Shown in pieces: positions 1 to 13,506 of a DNA stretch of 64,000 bases. Positions within the stretch are counted from its first letter, which is position 1. Every line of letters starts with the position of its first letter. Position numbers and translations under genes: made by a program. The notes beneath the pieces were generated by a model. It did no database searches and was not told the origin of the DNA. It worked only from the letters and a program-made list of their open reading frames with translations. Origin of the DNA: Bugula neritina (Eukaryota; Animalia; Bryozoa); contig OZ037770.1 in the NCBI GenBank assembly GCA_964035545.1, forward strand, positions 12,266,642 through 12,330,641, in the 5' to 3' direction.

Positions 1-817
1 TATATATATATATATATATATGAATATATAATATTATTATATATATATAATATATAATATTATTATATGTATATATATATATATTATATATAATATCATT
101 ATATATATATAATGTATATAATTTAATATATAATATAATAATATATTATATATGATATTGTTATATATATAATATATAATATAATAATATATTTTATATA
201 TTATATATGATATTATTATATATATATAATATATATATAATATAATATATAATATAATATTATAATATAATAATATATTATATATGATATTATTATATAT
301 ATAATATATAATATAATAATATATTTTATATATTATATATGATATTATTATATATATATAATATATATATAATATAATATATAATATAATATTATATTAT
401 AATAATATATTATATATGATATTATATATATAATATAATATATAATATAATAATATATAATATATTATTATAATATATATATTATTATAATATATATATA
501 TATATTATATATAATATTATTATACTTGTATAATATATTATATATATAATATAATATAATATATATTAATATATAATATATTATTATAATATATATATAT
601 ATTATAAATAATATAATATAATAATATATATTATATGATATTATATATATATAATATATATATATAATATAATATATAATATAATAATATATTATATTAT
701 TATATTATATAATATATTATTATAATATATATATTATATATAATATTAATATACTTATATAATATATATATATAATATAACAATATATAATATAAAAATA
801 TATAATATATTATTATA

Positions 818-886
<69 letters not shown>
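1..886. repeat. AT-only compound microsatellite / low-complexity array ((TA)n with ATAAT/ATATT variants)
   Basis: Almost entirely A/T; pure (TA)n near 830-885. ORF 700..924 is a translation artefact. Confidence 0.95.
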
Positions 887-887
<1 letters not shown>

Positions 888-2139
888 CATGCCGAATATT
901 TACTACAAATTTCAAAAATAGCATAAATTAAATAGTATTACCATTGCATCCAATTTACTAGTCTTACATTTATAGCAACTGTAACGTATTTTGTGTAAAA
1001 TGGTTATTGCAAGCATTATTCAATTCATATTCACATTGTAATCACAGCGAAGCTTAAACTTTATAGCTTTGTATTTACGTGCATGATTAAGTTTTAATTT
1101 TTTTTAAAATTTTATATGTATTGAAAATATGTTTAAAAACTTTACCAATAAACAAAACTAAAAAAAATGGACACATAATATAAAAAAAAAAATAAAATCA
1201 CAAAAGTGGCAAAATTTTTCCTTTATAACTTATATAAACTCGCGGTACCATTAGCGACATAATGATTTTTCATGGTTTAAAGTCAACACTCTTAATATAC
1301 CACACTGGACATTTGTAGCAGCTTAGGTCCGCGTGCCTGGGATCGCTGGTCTAGCATAGCTTGGTTAGTGAAGGCAAAGGAGTTGTCTTTTCCACGAAAA
1401 TTATTGCAAGAGAAAACAACTTTTAAATGTACTTCACGTTTTCTTGTGCACAGCTTTTTCACTTTGTGAATAGCCTATGTCATGTATAAGGTGGAACCAA
1501 CCTAGTAAAATTATATAGTTTTATATTATATTATATTATAATGTATGAATTTGCATTATATTAAACAAAACATGAATTTTCTGGTATCATGGAAGTAAAA
1601 TTTATACTATTAAACTGCATTCTTAAAACGTTGTATATGTCACTTTTGCAGGTAAATTATAGATTAAAACACTAACATATTATATGTCTGCATTATGTTT
1701 TTATTACAGCCATGTAGTATATAACACTATGCACTTATACTAATTTATATAGAAAAGTTACTGCACATAGTATAAAATGTAACAGTAGGCCTAATTCATT
1801 AAAGTTATAGCATTCATTAATAACTTAAAGAGTATAGCATTAATTAATTATTGGATGTTAATAACTGATTGATATATCAGATTTTTGACATTGTAAATTG
1901 AATGGAATAGTCATAAACTATATGACACTAAAACCATTTGTTAAATAGGGTAACTTTTATAGAAAGTGTGCTGCAGCATATAAAAACTAATTATATCTTG
2001 CTATATGTTATAATATTGCCAGGCCTTTACACAACCATAACATAGCATTCACAAAATAACAGAAGCATACATGGTATAAACTATGAATAGTTTAGGAACA
2101 AACCTGGCAGTGCATGCATGTATTATGGATTTTCAATTA

Positions 2140-3200
2140 TTCATTCTAGAGAATATCAAAAACAAAAAAATATCCAATTATGTATTTGATGTCATGCCAA
2201 TTAGGTATTTGTATGATTATACATTAATCTACTACATTATGCTGGTGAACAACAGTCCATAATGGATTTTCTTTTATGGATAGTAATTGGATGTCATCAG
2301 TTATTGACTCATGAAAGTGTTCAGAAATTACTAATGGAAGAAGCAAGAAAACATGTTTAATAAAGCATATGAAGAACTCACAAGATCAAATAGCATTTTA
2401 TGTTAATGGCCATATTCTCATTATCACTGAAAAGCGTATAGGATATTGTGATATCATCCATTAAGTGCAATCATTTACTTAATGAAAGCAACGTCTAGTT
2501 GATTTAGTTCAAAAGTTATATGAGCAAAAACCTAATTATACACCTTTTAAAAATTCAGCAATTATACTTGATGACTGTTACCTTGATCTTGTGATAAAAG
2601 TTGGGGTCTGTGGAACTACAGTTCAAAGATTATTTCAAGTAATAACATTTTTGCAGCTTAGTTTGCTTGTTGATGAAAAGCACATCCTATCAATCATAGG
2701 ATTTTTCGTCTAGTGAAAATTTATAAATTTAACGTGGCTAATTTGCCAACACTTCTAACAATGCGTTGATAGTACTTTAATTCTATTAGTTCATGATGCT
2801 GACACATACAGTTTGATAGATTTACATTCCAAAAACAGCTTAATACTAAACATAGTTAACATGCACTGAGCTTTTGTCCAATTTGTTTCAGTATATATAG
2901 TCACCATAGAACTTACAAGTTCATGTCAAAATAAACATCTGCTGTTAGCTCAACAGCTCTAGAGAGTTTTTTATTGTTTAGGCTTAGTAGACACATTCGA
3001 TTTCTGAAATGCAAACATAGATTGCCGGTCAATGTAAGTTAAGCTTAAAATCACATGCTTTGAAAAAATTATTGTCGCTAAATTCTACCTATTTGTAACA
3101 ATGTTAAATTAGTTGATCTGAAAATGAAAACAACACTTTAATTACAATAACAGTTTACAATAAACTTAATCTTGCATAATAGGAGACTAATTGTGTTTGG
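2140..3200. repeat. Diverged copy of the protease 3' flank (homologous to ~15580-16600 and ~24220-25215)
   Basis: Shared colinear blocks such as 'gcttagtttgcttgttgatgaaaa', 'aacatagattgccggtcaa', 'aagcttaaaatcacatgcttt' and 'aataggagact' in all three places. Boundaries approximate. Confidence 0.85.
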
Positions 3201-3784
3201 TTTCTGTTTTTTAATATTATAGATAATTTCTCTTTCAATTTTTTTTACAATTGATTCTATAATTGGATCATTTTACATAATTTAGTACACACTCGATATC
3301 TCGAATTTTTGTTTTTTTCACAATATAATAGCTGCTAATATATATGTTCTTTTGCCTTAAACTAATGGAATATTAACAAATACAACTAAACAATTATAGT
3401 TTTTTCTCATGTTGCTGGACTTTCTATGTTTTTCTTAATTTTATTTTAGTATAAATTGGGATATGTGCCTTTATGGTTTTTTCATAATGGTTCGCAACCA
3501 CATTTTAATTACCAATAGACAATTAAATGCCCTTAATTGAATTGCAGGTTTCTCACTCAGCCTTTTTCCCTATACATATTTGCAATACCACAACCTGTTG
3601 AATTTTTATGACTTAACCAATTTCAGTTGTTGGTCCGAATTTGCTGGTGTGTACTATAAATAAAGTAAAATGATCCACTTTTCTTTCTAAATAACAAGCG
3701 AATAAGTTTTTTAAAATTGTTGAATCAACAAAAGTGCATAGAGCTCCTGAGGTTTCACAGCTGGCTAAGGACTTGTTTTCTATT

Positions 3785-3910
3785 GTGGAACAGGAGCAAT
3801 TATAACTGGATGCTCTTCCTATCATCCTCAATGACCTTTACTGAGGCTCGAGTCATTAACCTTGTAATTATTAAGGCAGTTCTCTCACCATCAGACTATC
3901 ATTTCTCTCT
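3785..3910 (-). mobile_element. tRNA-derived SINE, degenerate copy
   Basis: Core 'gagcaattataactggatgctcttcct...aatgacctttactg' shared with copies at 31.3, 51.5, 53.3, 58.1 and 60.4 kb. Confidence 0.7.
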
Positions 3911-4184
3911 ATAATCAACAAAGACTATTGATCAGAGCATTCAATATTAACTGAAACTAAAACTCTTAACCTACATTAAAAGTCAAACTGTTGCTCACTG
4001 CTAACAGTTGTACCAACTATCCTTGTATATTACTTAATAACCTATATATTATGCAAAAACTGATGGATTCTGTATTTTAGGTAACCCTATAACAATTCAT
4101 TGGAGATCTGCATTTACATGATAAGTTGATTAATCAATTTATCATAATCAATTGTATATCAATGATGAAGTTGGTCTAAATATA

Positions 4185-5157
4185 GGGGAGAGTGGGGCTA
4201 GTTGAACTAAAGATTGCATTTTTGAGCATGAGTTTTGAAGAATGTTTTTCCAATCCAAAGACCAGCACCATGAAATTCAGCCATATGTTACTGTTTTTTT
4301 GCCTGAACATTTTATACTCAGTAAGATAGGGCCAATGTTTTGACTGAAGTTTTTTTGGCACAACGAGCCCTAGTATATAGGGGGCAAGTTGAACCACCTT
4401 GTGTGAAAGTTGAACCAGTGCCATTTATCTTATAATATAAGTTGTTTCACCTATTTTGCAAGGTCAAAAAACAATTTATTACAGATTAACAATAAAAATC
4501 ATTAAAAACTTAGAATAAACTGGCATAAACAAATAGCAGAAACTCTGGATGTGATATGTCATTGTAACCACTTAACATCTCAAAGAGAGGCAATGCAGAA
4601 TACGCTTTGAAACCCAAGCAGCAGCAGCAGCAGCAAACTGAAGGGAAGGCTTTCTAAAACTTTTTTTTGTAATCATTTTTAAAAAAAGTTATGGGTATCA
4701 AATAAGGTCCTCTCATATGATATCAGAAAATGCACGGTGTGGTTGAGCATAACCCACATCTTTTGAGGGCTGTTTGAAGGCTCTCAACAATTGCAGATGA
4801 TTTACCCCACTGCCTTACTTTACCATATATTCATTACTGTAGTTAAGCTTTCCTTACCTGTTTCCCTATTTGTTTTCCGTATGTAATTTTGCACCATTCT
4901 AAAAACCTTTGCAGAATAGTTAAATTACAATGTTGACCTACATTTTCATTTGTCCCAAGACTAAATGAATGTCTGGATTTATATATTGATTGCAGAAAAA
5001 ACTTAATTAAGAAAAATATAAACTTAAATGTAAAAATTAGTGTGCCCAATTATAATTAACATAGTGGAAATAATTAGTGGGGCAAGTTGTATACCTGCGT
5101 GGTTCAACTCGCCCTACTCCCTAATTCCTACGTGGATCAACTAGCCCCACTTTCCCC
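4185..5157. mobile_element. Non-autonomous DNA transposon / MITE (TA-flanked, Tc1/mariner-pogo-like)
   Basis: TIRs GGGGAGAGTGGGGCTAGTTGA (4185) and TCAACTAGCCCCACTTTCCCC (ends 5157), 1 mismatch. TA on both sides (4183-84, 5158-59). Internal 'ggggcaagttg' subterminal repeats at ~4381 and ~5078. No transposase ORF. Confidence 0.85.
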
Positions 5158-6361
5158 TATTTAGTTTGTTGCAGAAAAAAAAAATGTTGTCTAAAATTGA
5201 CAGTAAAATTTTCTTTTTTTTAAATTGCTATCAACACCTGCAGTGTCCTATTAATGTTAGAGACTGACATCATGCATGCATGAATTATATCTATCTCTAT
5301 AGCAATCATAGTATACTATTCCTTATTGTGCCCAAATGAATACTAAAAAAATATTAGAATTGACTTTCTTCTTAAAAATTCAGCCAGAGAAGGAAAAAAA
5401 TTGTATCTTGATTTGGCAGCTGTTGCAATTGTAAAGAAACTTTTGTGAATTTTGTTTTCAAAAGAAATATAAAATTAATTTTATCCATTTTGTAGAAAAT
5501 CTCATAGCAATTACAAATTACACTATAAAAAATGTAATGCAATTTGAAAAAAATGACACATGCAGCTCACAAAACCATATCTAATCTGCAAAACAGATTT
5601 ATAAAGTTTGATGTAAAACTTTTGAAATATACGTTGGCGAATTCATGAATGAACGATACTCATTTTAGCAGTTTTCTTAAACATTAAAGTATACTGAAAA
5701 CATCACTTAATTCAACCTTTTCCAACATTTGCTTCAACAACAGTTCACAATTGCAATCAACAAAGTAAAGCTGATCAATGAAGTACTTATTCTTTTAAGC
5801 ATCTTCATGTGCATATGTGCAATGAAGAATGTGCATGCATTGTTTGCATTCAACAGCTTACTATACCAGAAGAGTGTATATTACATTATAAACACTGGTA
5901 AATCAATAGTCACTAACATTGAGGTTTATGCTGTGTTATAAGTATCACTGCCTTCACTGGTGATAAAATGTTGCTAAACACAAGAAGAAGAACCTATCCC
6001 GAAGATGGTCTGAAAGTTGGAAAAAGGCATTTACCTGTTGAATATGGGATAAAAACTGTCGGTGATGGTGACATCTCTACGAATGGCTACAATTTAAAAT
6101 TGAATCATGGTAGAGCAGGCAAAAGACGTTTAGATACACAAAATTCAGAAAACAGCCATAGCAGTAAATATAGAGAAGAAAAAAAGCCAACTAAGGAAGA
6201 AGTTTGTGAAACCATAGAAAAGTATGAATGTTTGTAATTTGCTTACTTAAAATTTTGTGAAAAATTTGAATATATTTTATACATTCATTATTCAGATATG
6301 AGTAAAAACAAACTTTTTATATGTAAAATATGTATTGCTAAATATATAGTGCTATGTTTAG

Positions 6362-6840
6362 AAAAGTTGTGATCTATTTATAACTATGGTGTTCATTGGG
6401 TTGGAGTTCTAAATGGACAAGTGGTGATGTCAAAAATAATATTCCATCATATAATATCCCCTGTGCCACAGGAATAGTCTTTACAACACGCTTTCAGTAT
6501 GGCTGACAGTGCAGGCCTTAAAATCCTTCAGGATTCGTACAGGGATAAGGATTTCAAACAAAAGTGGTTATGTATATATAAGTTAACTTGTTTCCATATT
6601 GTATAATATAATGAATGTGTTTTTATTTTAATAATTTTTTAGGCTTCTGGAAAAGCACAGTGTTAAAGATGCTGTGTATTATTGGTCTCCTTTCGATGAG
6701 AATAAACTGGTTGTTCTCGGCCAGGGTGTTGACAGAATCAAAAGATCAGCTAGAAACAAATCTCGAGGAACAACTATTGTCTTCAAAGAAAGTGGTCCTT
6801 TACATACACAGCAGTTGTGACAATATACTAAACTTATAGA
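6362..6840 (+). pseudogene. Decayed, diverged paralog fragment of the trypsin-like protease N-terminal region
   Basis: After 'tttttag' (~6642) the frame reads G|LLEKHSVKDAVYYWSPFDENKLVVLG. This aligns without gaps to C|MSKLQGMEDMMWYHSPTNSHKVVLFG of the protease exon 2, with the same phase-2 intron position. In-frame stops upstream, a frameshift downstream, and no catalytic motifs found. Confidence 0.55.
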
Positions 6841-8145
6841 GTTAAATTTGAGGATGAGCATTTTTTATGTAAAATATTCCAATCTTAGTGACTAAACTAT
6901 TTTATACTTGTTTTTAATTTTTTTAATATCAACTTATTTAGAATATTGATCTCATATTATTGATTAAAAACGAATCTCACCATATATATTTTTGCTTATT
7001 GCTTTGCTCAATCAACACTATGCAATTATAAATTGAGTTCCACTAAAATTTATCCTTCCATCACAAATTTACTTATTTATGTTTTCAAATATCAAATTAT
7101 TACAATGCTCATGAGACCTATTTTTGTACAATGATATACCAAAACATTTAATAAATGTTTTATTTGTGTTGCAAAAATAATCAATTGTGAATAACAAAAT
7201 AAAAAAAGCTGTCAAACAATAAACACATTGGTTTTTCAAGACCCTACAAACAAAGCAAATTTTTAAAAATCAAGCTTTGTTAAGCATAATATAGTACATT
7301 AAGTAAAATTATACAATCTGATAAATCATCTCAGAAAAAACTAGGTTTTTCGATTAACGTGTTCTAATATTTTGATACCATTACTCATTTAATGAATAAT
7401 TATAACTTATAACTCATAAAAATTAACTAGTAACTAAAGGAAACAATTATTTTGGTTACTGTTGGTCTTAAATAAAACTCAGAATAAAAAATCATACTCT
7501 AAAAACCTTAAATGGTTTGCTAATTAAAATATTTAAAAAATTTATAAATTTTTATGCAGCCATGACTTACTTTAAACATATATGTATATTTCTTTAATTT
7601 TATTATTCATATACATAATCATGTAATATGCAGAAATTATATTATAAAACTCTAAAATTTGCGTGCAATGACTTTTTTATATGAGTTAAACTAAAAATAT
7701 AGGTTTTGTTAACATTATTAACTTAAATAAGTTTGGTGAAGTTATCAACTCTTTTGCAAGCATGCAGAAGCAGTTCAAAAACAAATCAAATACGTTGCTG
7801 CAAGATGTTATTTTATAAAAATGTGTAACATCATATATAGCATGCATTATAGTGACATCAACTGGAAGGAATTAAGCTATTAGGCTATTAATCAATAATC
7901 TTATTGTTAAGGGATGTAAACAATAATTCATTTCAATATTGTAGGTCTTAGAATTATTCTCTACAATTACACCATTACACCATTACAATAATTGTTTACC
8001 AACTATTGAGATGTGATATAATATTACAATAAACGCATCGATCATATATATACAAAAAGAGTGTACGTTTTGTAAAGAAAAACTAAACAAAATACGCTTG
8101 AATAGTAAAAATAAACTTAAGAACTCCAATCAAGTATGTTATTGA

Positions 8146-8450
8146 TCAGCTGCTGCTGGGAGGTCGTACAGTTGATGACGAGCGAAGTGGACCAATATGC
8201 TGATTACCTCCGTTGGCAGCTCTTAAATGATTCAGTGGATTGACAAGCCTTAAGTTCTTAACAGAGTCTGAATACTGTTTTTCAATGTCCTTAATTGCTG
8301 GTTCCAAATATACTGCTTGATAAATATGATTATCTGCAAAGAAATTGCCAATCAGGATAGCTATTGCATATTTTTTATCATCTTCTCGGACATGTACAAT
8401 AGAGCCACTGTCACCAGGAGCAAATCTTTTCCTACAATACCAAATGAATA

Positions 8451-8528
<78 letters not shown>

Positions 8529-8558
8529 ACATATATGTGTGCATACATGTGTGTGTGC

Positions 8559-8594
<36 letters not shown>

Positions 8595-10115
8595 TGATGA
8601 GTTTACCCAGTGGCTCCCGTGGTGTAATGGTAGCGCACTTGCTTGCAAGACAGAGAACTTGGATTCGATTTCCAGTGGGGGCAAAATTATTTTTTCAATA
8701 TGCATGTGTGTGTGCATGTGTGCCTGTTTGTGTGTGTTTTTGTGTGTATGTGTTTGTATGCTCGTGTATGCTTGTGTGTGTGTGCGTGTGGTCCAGAGAC
8801 AAAGGGATCAGAGTTGATAATAAATTGAAGATTTTATATTATTTTTTTGCAAAATGAAGCTGCTCACTGTAGCTAAATGTTGCATGAAAATGTATTTCAT
8901 ATACCATTTATTATATATTTTGAACATATAAATTTTGCATTGTATGTTATAAAGTTAAATATTGCAATAACATTACCCATCAGCTACTATAAACATCAGA
9001 TGATTTGCATAGCGCCTCTCTTGACTGGCAGAACAATTCAAACCATCCCATACTTGATAGGAATCGTTTCCTACATATATTGTGTTTCCACCTTTTTGGG
9101 AAATGCTTTCTATGCTGTCATATCGGCAGCTGAAATAATCTGCTGGTTGTTCTAAAAAATTTAACTTCAACTGCAACTCTGAGTCAGATTTAAGAGGCAG
9201 TAAAAGAGTGTCATTCATGAAAGAATGAACGCACTCATCAGAGATTGAACTCAAAGTGCATTTATTTTGATGACAACGAATAGCACCATCTTCAAGCCGT
9301 CTTCCCACAGAAGTGTAGTGTCGATAAGAATAAATTGGTCTTGATTCTAAATCAAACAAATTCTGGTTTTCTTGATGTTCATGCAAGAGTTTTAGCTGAT
9401 AGCGTCTGCGAGCTAAAGAAGGGTCAAGCTTAGTATCACGTAGCTTTTGTATCTCTGAAGGATCCTTGTCCTCTAGTAGTTGATTACACTGTGGGTCTGT
9501 AAACAGTAGATGTGCACACGTTAGTGCATAGATCTTAGAAGTACCATCTGAACAAGGGGAATCCCCTTCTAACAAGAGACCACAAGTCGACTCTTTCGAT
9601 ACTTCAATGACTTCAAAGCTGTGTTTCTCTTGCTCAACTACAAGGGAACTACTTCTTGCCAGTTGCTCTGTAAGCAAGTTTGGCTTGGGTTTAATTTCAA
9701 AACAGAATTCAGGAAACCTGGCTTCAAGCTCTTTGATATTCTCTTCAGCCTGGACTGTAACTCCAAACAAAACTACTTTATGAGAGTTTGTTGGTGAATG
9801 GTACCACATCATGTCTTCCATTCCTTGCAGTTTCGACATGCTAAAAAGTCACATAATTTTGTTATTGTAAAGCACTCTTGCATGACACACCTGCTGTTAT
9901 TATATCACCCAAAGGTTTTAAACAATTGTTAAAATTTGCAGGTAAGTAACTTTTTTCCTACAAAAGCGTAGTATATTGAATAATAGCACTTTGAATTTGT
10001 GCTGAGTGTTTAGTTTTGTAGTTCGCAAAGTCAAATTTTTTGCATGTATTTACCTGTCTATGAATTCGTCAATCTCTTTTACTTTAGCTTGATGGTTAGT
10101 TGTTGATGATTCCAT
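8146..10115 (-). CDS. Trypsin-like (chymotrypsin-fold) serine protease without signal peptide, copy A, 403 aa
   Basis: Exons 10115-10054 (MESSTTNHQAKVKEIDEFID, phase 2), 9840-8977 and 8431-8146, all GT..AG and in phase. Triad motifs IYALTCAH, FMNDTLLL and FAPGDSGS. In-frame TGA upstream of the ATG; hydrophilic N-terminus. Confidence 0.88.
8455..8592. repeat. (TA)n(TG)n microsatellite in protease A intron 2
   Basis: Read directly from the sequence. Confidence 0.95.
8613..8683 (+). pseudogene. tRNA-like pseudogene / tRNA-derived element
   Basis: GCTCCCG..TGGGGGC acceptor stem, A-box-like TGGTGTAATGG, B-box-like GGATTCGATTTCC, loop CTTGCAA. The anticodon stem does not pair, so it is unlikely to be a functional tRNA. 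Present only in copy A intron 2. Confidence 0.65.
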
Positions 10116-11065
10116 TTCTACTGTATCTCAGTCACCTCCTTTTAACAGAAACTATTGTATCTAAAACAAATGTATATTATTAGAAATATATAAAATAATT
10201 ATATATAGACTAAAAGTAAAGAGTTTAGGAATTAGAAAAAATGTTTTGCAGCTTTTGAAAAAGGATTGAAAGATTCTGTACAAATCCAATAATACCTTTA
10301 GTTTCAGAAATAAAAAAGCGTTACAGAAAGTATAGTTATTTTTATAGAAAAGGACAAGTGAAAACATCAGCTTGCTATAATTACTGATTTTTTAGTTTAC
10401 ATGTTAGCTAGTTAAACAATTTCTTATAACTTCATAGTTGAATCTAAGCATCAGAATAATAAAAATTGCATGCTTTAAAATTGAGAAATGCAAGATGGTT
10501 TTCTAAGTTGCAACGAGTAATTGTTCATGTATAATTTTGAAAATAAAACATGGTAAAATAGGTATTGTCTATTCAAAATAAATCCAGAGGTTTTTGTCAA
10601 TAAGATAAAAAAAAGATCACTAAAATTTAAAAAAGTGTCATGAATGCACGTATGTATATTTAAATGGTGAACGAAATAAATTTCATTAATAAAAGCTTAG
10701 TTATTTTTCAATAATCCAAAATGCAAAATTGTTGACATCTATGTAAAAAGGTGAGTTATAATTTTTGTAGAAACCATCTCAAAAGTAACCAGTTATTGAG
10801 ATGAGATACAACAAAAATGTGCATTATTTATAAAATATTATGTAATACAAGTTATAGTTTGCTTATTATAGGTGTAAACCTGGCCATTTTTACATTAGTA
10901 CGAAAGGCAAACAATATGCTCACAACTTTTGATCAAAATCATCCCAGTACTGAGTCATAAAAACTACAGCAGCTGTTTCCATTCAATGAGAAATAAATAT
11001 TTAGTTTCACAAACAAAAGAAATAACAATTAAAGGCCACATGAAATGTTTATCATTATGACTCAC

Positions 11066-11178
11066 CTGGGAATTCTCTTTTCCAGCTTTCAATTGTTGTT
11101 ATTTTATCTGCTGTTTGTTGTCCCTGTTTACTGAATCTTTTAGCTGACACCTTTTGCTGACACTTTTTCTTGACAATG
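11066..11178 (-). other. Putative non-coding 5' exon of the protease (also ~19580-19692 and ~28226-28337)
   Basis: Bounded by tttAG and CCAG|GTGA in all three units. A 1-nt indel in copy C argues for UTR rather than coding. Confidence 0.4.
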
Positions 11179-11365
11179 CTAAATGTATATTTCATCAGTC
11201 CAATGCAAGCCGACTGTAAGTGTAGTTACAGAGAAATAAATGTATTGCTTATAGTCCATATAATGCAACAAGAAAGTACTATGGACCTTGTAGTATTTAT
11301 AACTGCAAACAAAGCTCATTCAGAGTAAACAATAGATTTCTATGTGAACAGATTGATTAACAACA

Positions 11366-11540
<175 letters not shown>

Positions 11541-12061
11541 TAGTATGTTATGCAGTATAGCTGCTAACTTTAATTTACTACTTTAAGAGTTAATTAATTA
11601 CAACTGTATTTTTCAAAATTTAGAAAATATAAGTTCAAGTATACTGGGTGAAGTTGCTGTAATTATATCAGCCTATAATTATTATATCACAGACATATAT
11701 TATGCTACAATAAAATATTTTAATACTATTACTATTAGCTATTTGATTATTACTAAAATGCAACTATTCAATTAATGTTTGTTAGAAAGTTGCAATATTA
11801 TTAAGTTTGGTAAAATGTTTTATACAGCAAAAACTGTTAACTACCAGCACACATGCTCATGGCATATATTATAAACGTTTTATAAGCCATAATCGCACAA
11901 TTTAACAGTTATAAAATAAACTCATGCAAGTTTATATATAAAAACTGCCCTTAAGTCAACTTGGCTTTTTGTGTTTCTGTAAATGGAGTTTCAGTTTGCC
12001 ACAAACCATGAGTATATATAGCTACAGATCACCGCATATGAATGTTACTTATATTCGTCCA

Positions 12062-12078
12062 AGGTCAATCCGAGGTCA
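12062..12078 (+). promoter_or_regulatory. Perfect AGGTCA-n5-AGGTCA (DR5) nuclear-receptor-type element (also 20654-20670 and 29060-29076)
   Basis: AGGTCA atccg AGGTCA here; CCAAGGTCAATCCAAGGTCA in the other two units. About 1.9 kb upstream of each protease ATG. Function unproven. Confidence 0.35.
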
Positions 12079-13308
12079 ACAGCAACTTTCAAGAACAGCA
12101 AAGTATAGTAACAGTTAATAAAAAAAGCTGAATAAAATCTCCTAGATAGTAAATATTTGCAGAAATAATTGCTAACATTTTTGTAATAAGCTAATTTCAT
12201 ATCAAAAAGTAGCTGTAATAATACTTTGGACTTTGAGTCATAAAGTTATCTTCTCTTGTCTCAAATTTCGTCTCAGCACCTATAATAAATATATAATAGA
12301 AATAACTTCTTGTGCCATTTTGAAACTATATTAGGAAAGCTTTGAACATTCTGTCTATAAGAGTTTCAAACACAGAAACTTTAACAAAAATTAATATAGA
12401 GTCAAAATTAACCCTCTTTACTTTCTCTACGTACAATGGAATGGCAAATGAAACTTTATGCTTATTTTTATCTCACAAAACTTTTTATAAAGGTTGAAAA
12501 TTTATTTTATTCATAATTTTTCAACTTTCTCAACGTGTAAGAAAACTATTACAGTTGATCCATGTCATGTAACAGCTGAAGTTGTATCAAAGGCAGCCAC
12601 CAACATACAAGTTATAAAAACCAAACAACTTTGCTAAAATTCTGTTTCAATTCTGACATCTAATATAGCTTTATTGAAACTCGTTTTAATACACTATACA
12701 CTAAAATACTAACACTCTAGTTTGATATTAGAACACAAATGTTAAATTGAAAAAGAATAATATGCAGTTTGTTCAATGCAGGCGTATGCATGGATAAATA
12801 ATCTAAAGAATTCACAGCTTATAGGCAGTAATAATTTTTGTCTCTATTTTATTTGGCAAAGAGTTGTGCGTATAACATGATTAAAAATAATACACTCTCC
12901 CAAAATAAAACTAAGCTCAGAAACTGGCAATCAGAAATTGGCATCATATGTGTTGAAATTTGAAAAAACCTGTTTATTAAGTATAAATCAAAAAATTATT
13001 TGCTTATATGTAAAAGTAATTCAAATTTTATTGATTGCCTTTTTAAAGTAATTTAACTGCTATATCTAACAGTTTTGAGCCAAGAAATTTGCTTAATTAT
13101 TATAAAGTTCTCTCTGGTGCAATATGCTATTCAGCAAAAAGATATTTTACTGGCTATACAACATGGACAACAAATTTTTAAGAAAATGCACTTCAATACT
13201 TTGGTCAATGAGAAAGAAATATACGATTCACCCTGATTTATATTACATAACAGTTGCCATGGCCTACACAATTCAAACTATCAGCTATATTATATACACA
13301 TCAGTGTA

Positions 13309-13506
13309 TTATTCTTCTTGTTCAGGTTGCACTTGTTGGGCGACCATCTTGTCCGTGGCTGACTTATCGAAACACTCCTCCAGCTTACTAGCAATCAGTG
13401 CTGACTTTTCGGATGGATCTTTTCTACTCAAGTACTTTGGGTCTTTGGGAGAGAGAGGCTGTTGCGTGAGCTTCATATATACCAGGTATGTTACTAGAGT
13501 GGTGAG
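13309..13506 (-). other. Intact duplicate of the SLC18B1-like terminal coding exon (unit A)
   Basis: Acceptor ctgttgcAG retained. Encodes the same 65 aa as 30315-30512, with 5 nucleotide differences, all synonymous. Confidence 0.85.

Noticed and set aside
8613-8683. Functional tRNA-Ala(TGC) gene
   Set aside because: Anticodon stem unpaired and T-arm degenerate; kept only as a pseudogene or SINE head.
10128-10144. Shine-Dalgarno-like AAAGGAGGTGA upstream of the protease ATG on the minus strand
   Set aside because: The gene has spliceosomal introns and the motif is ~16 nt from the ATG with an intervening stop; it is not evidence of bacterial origin.
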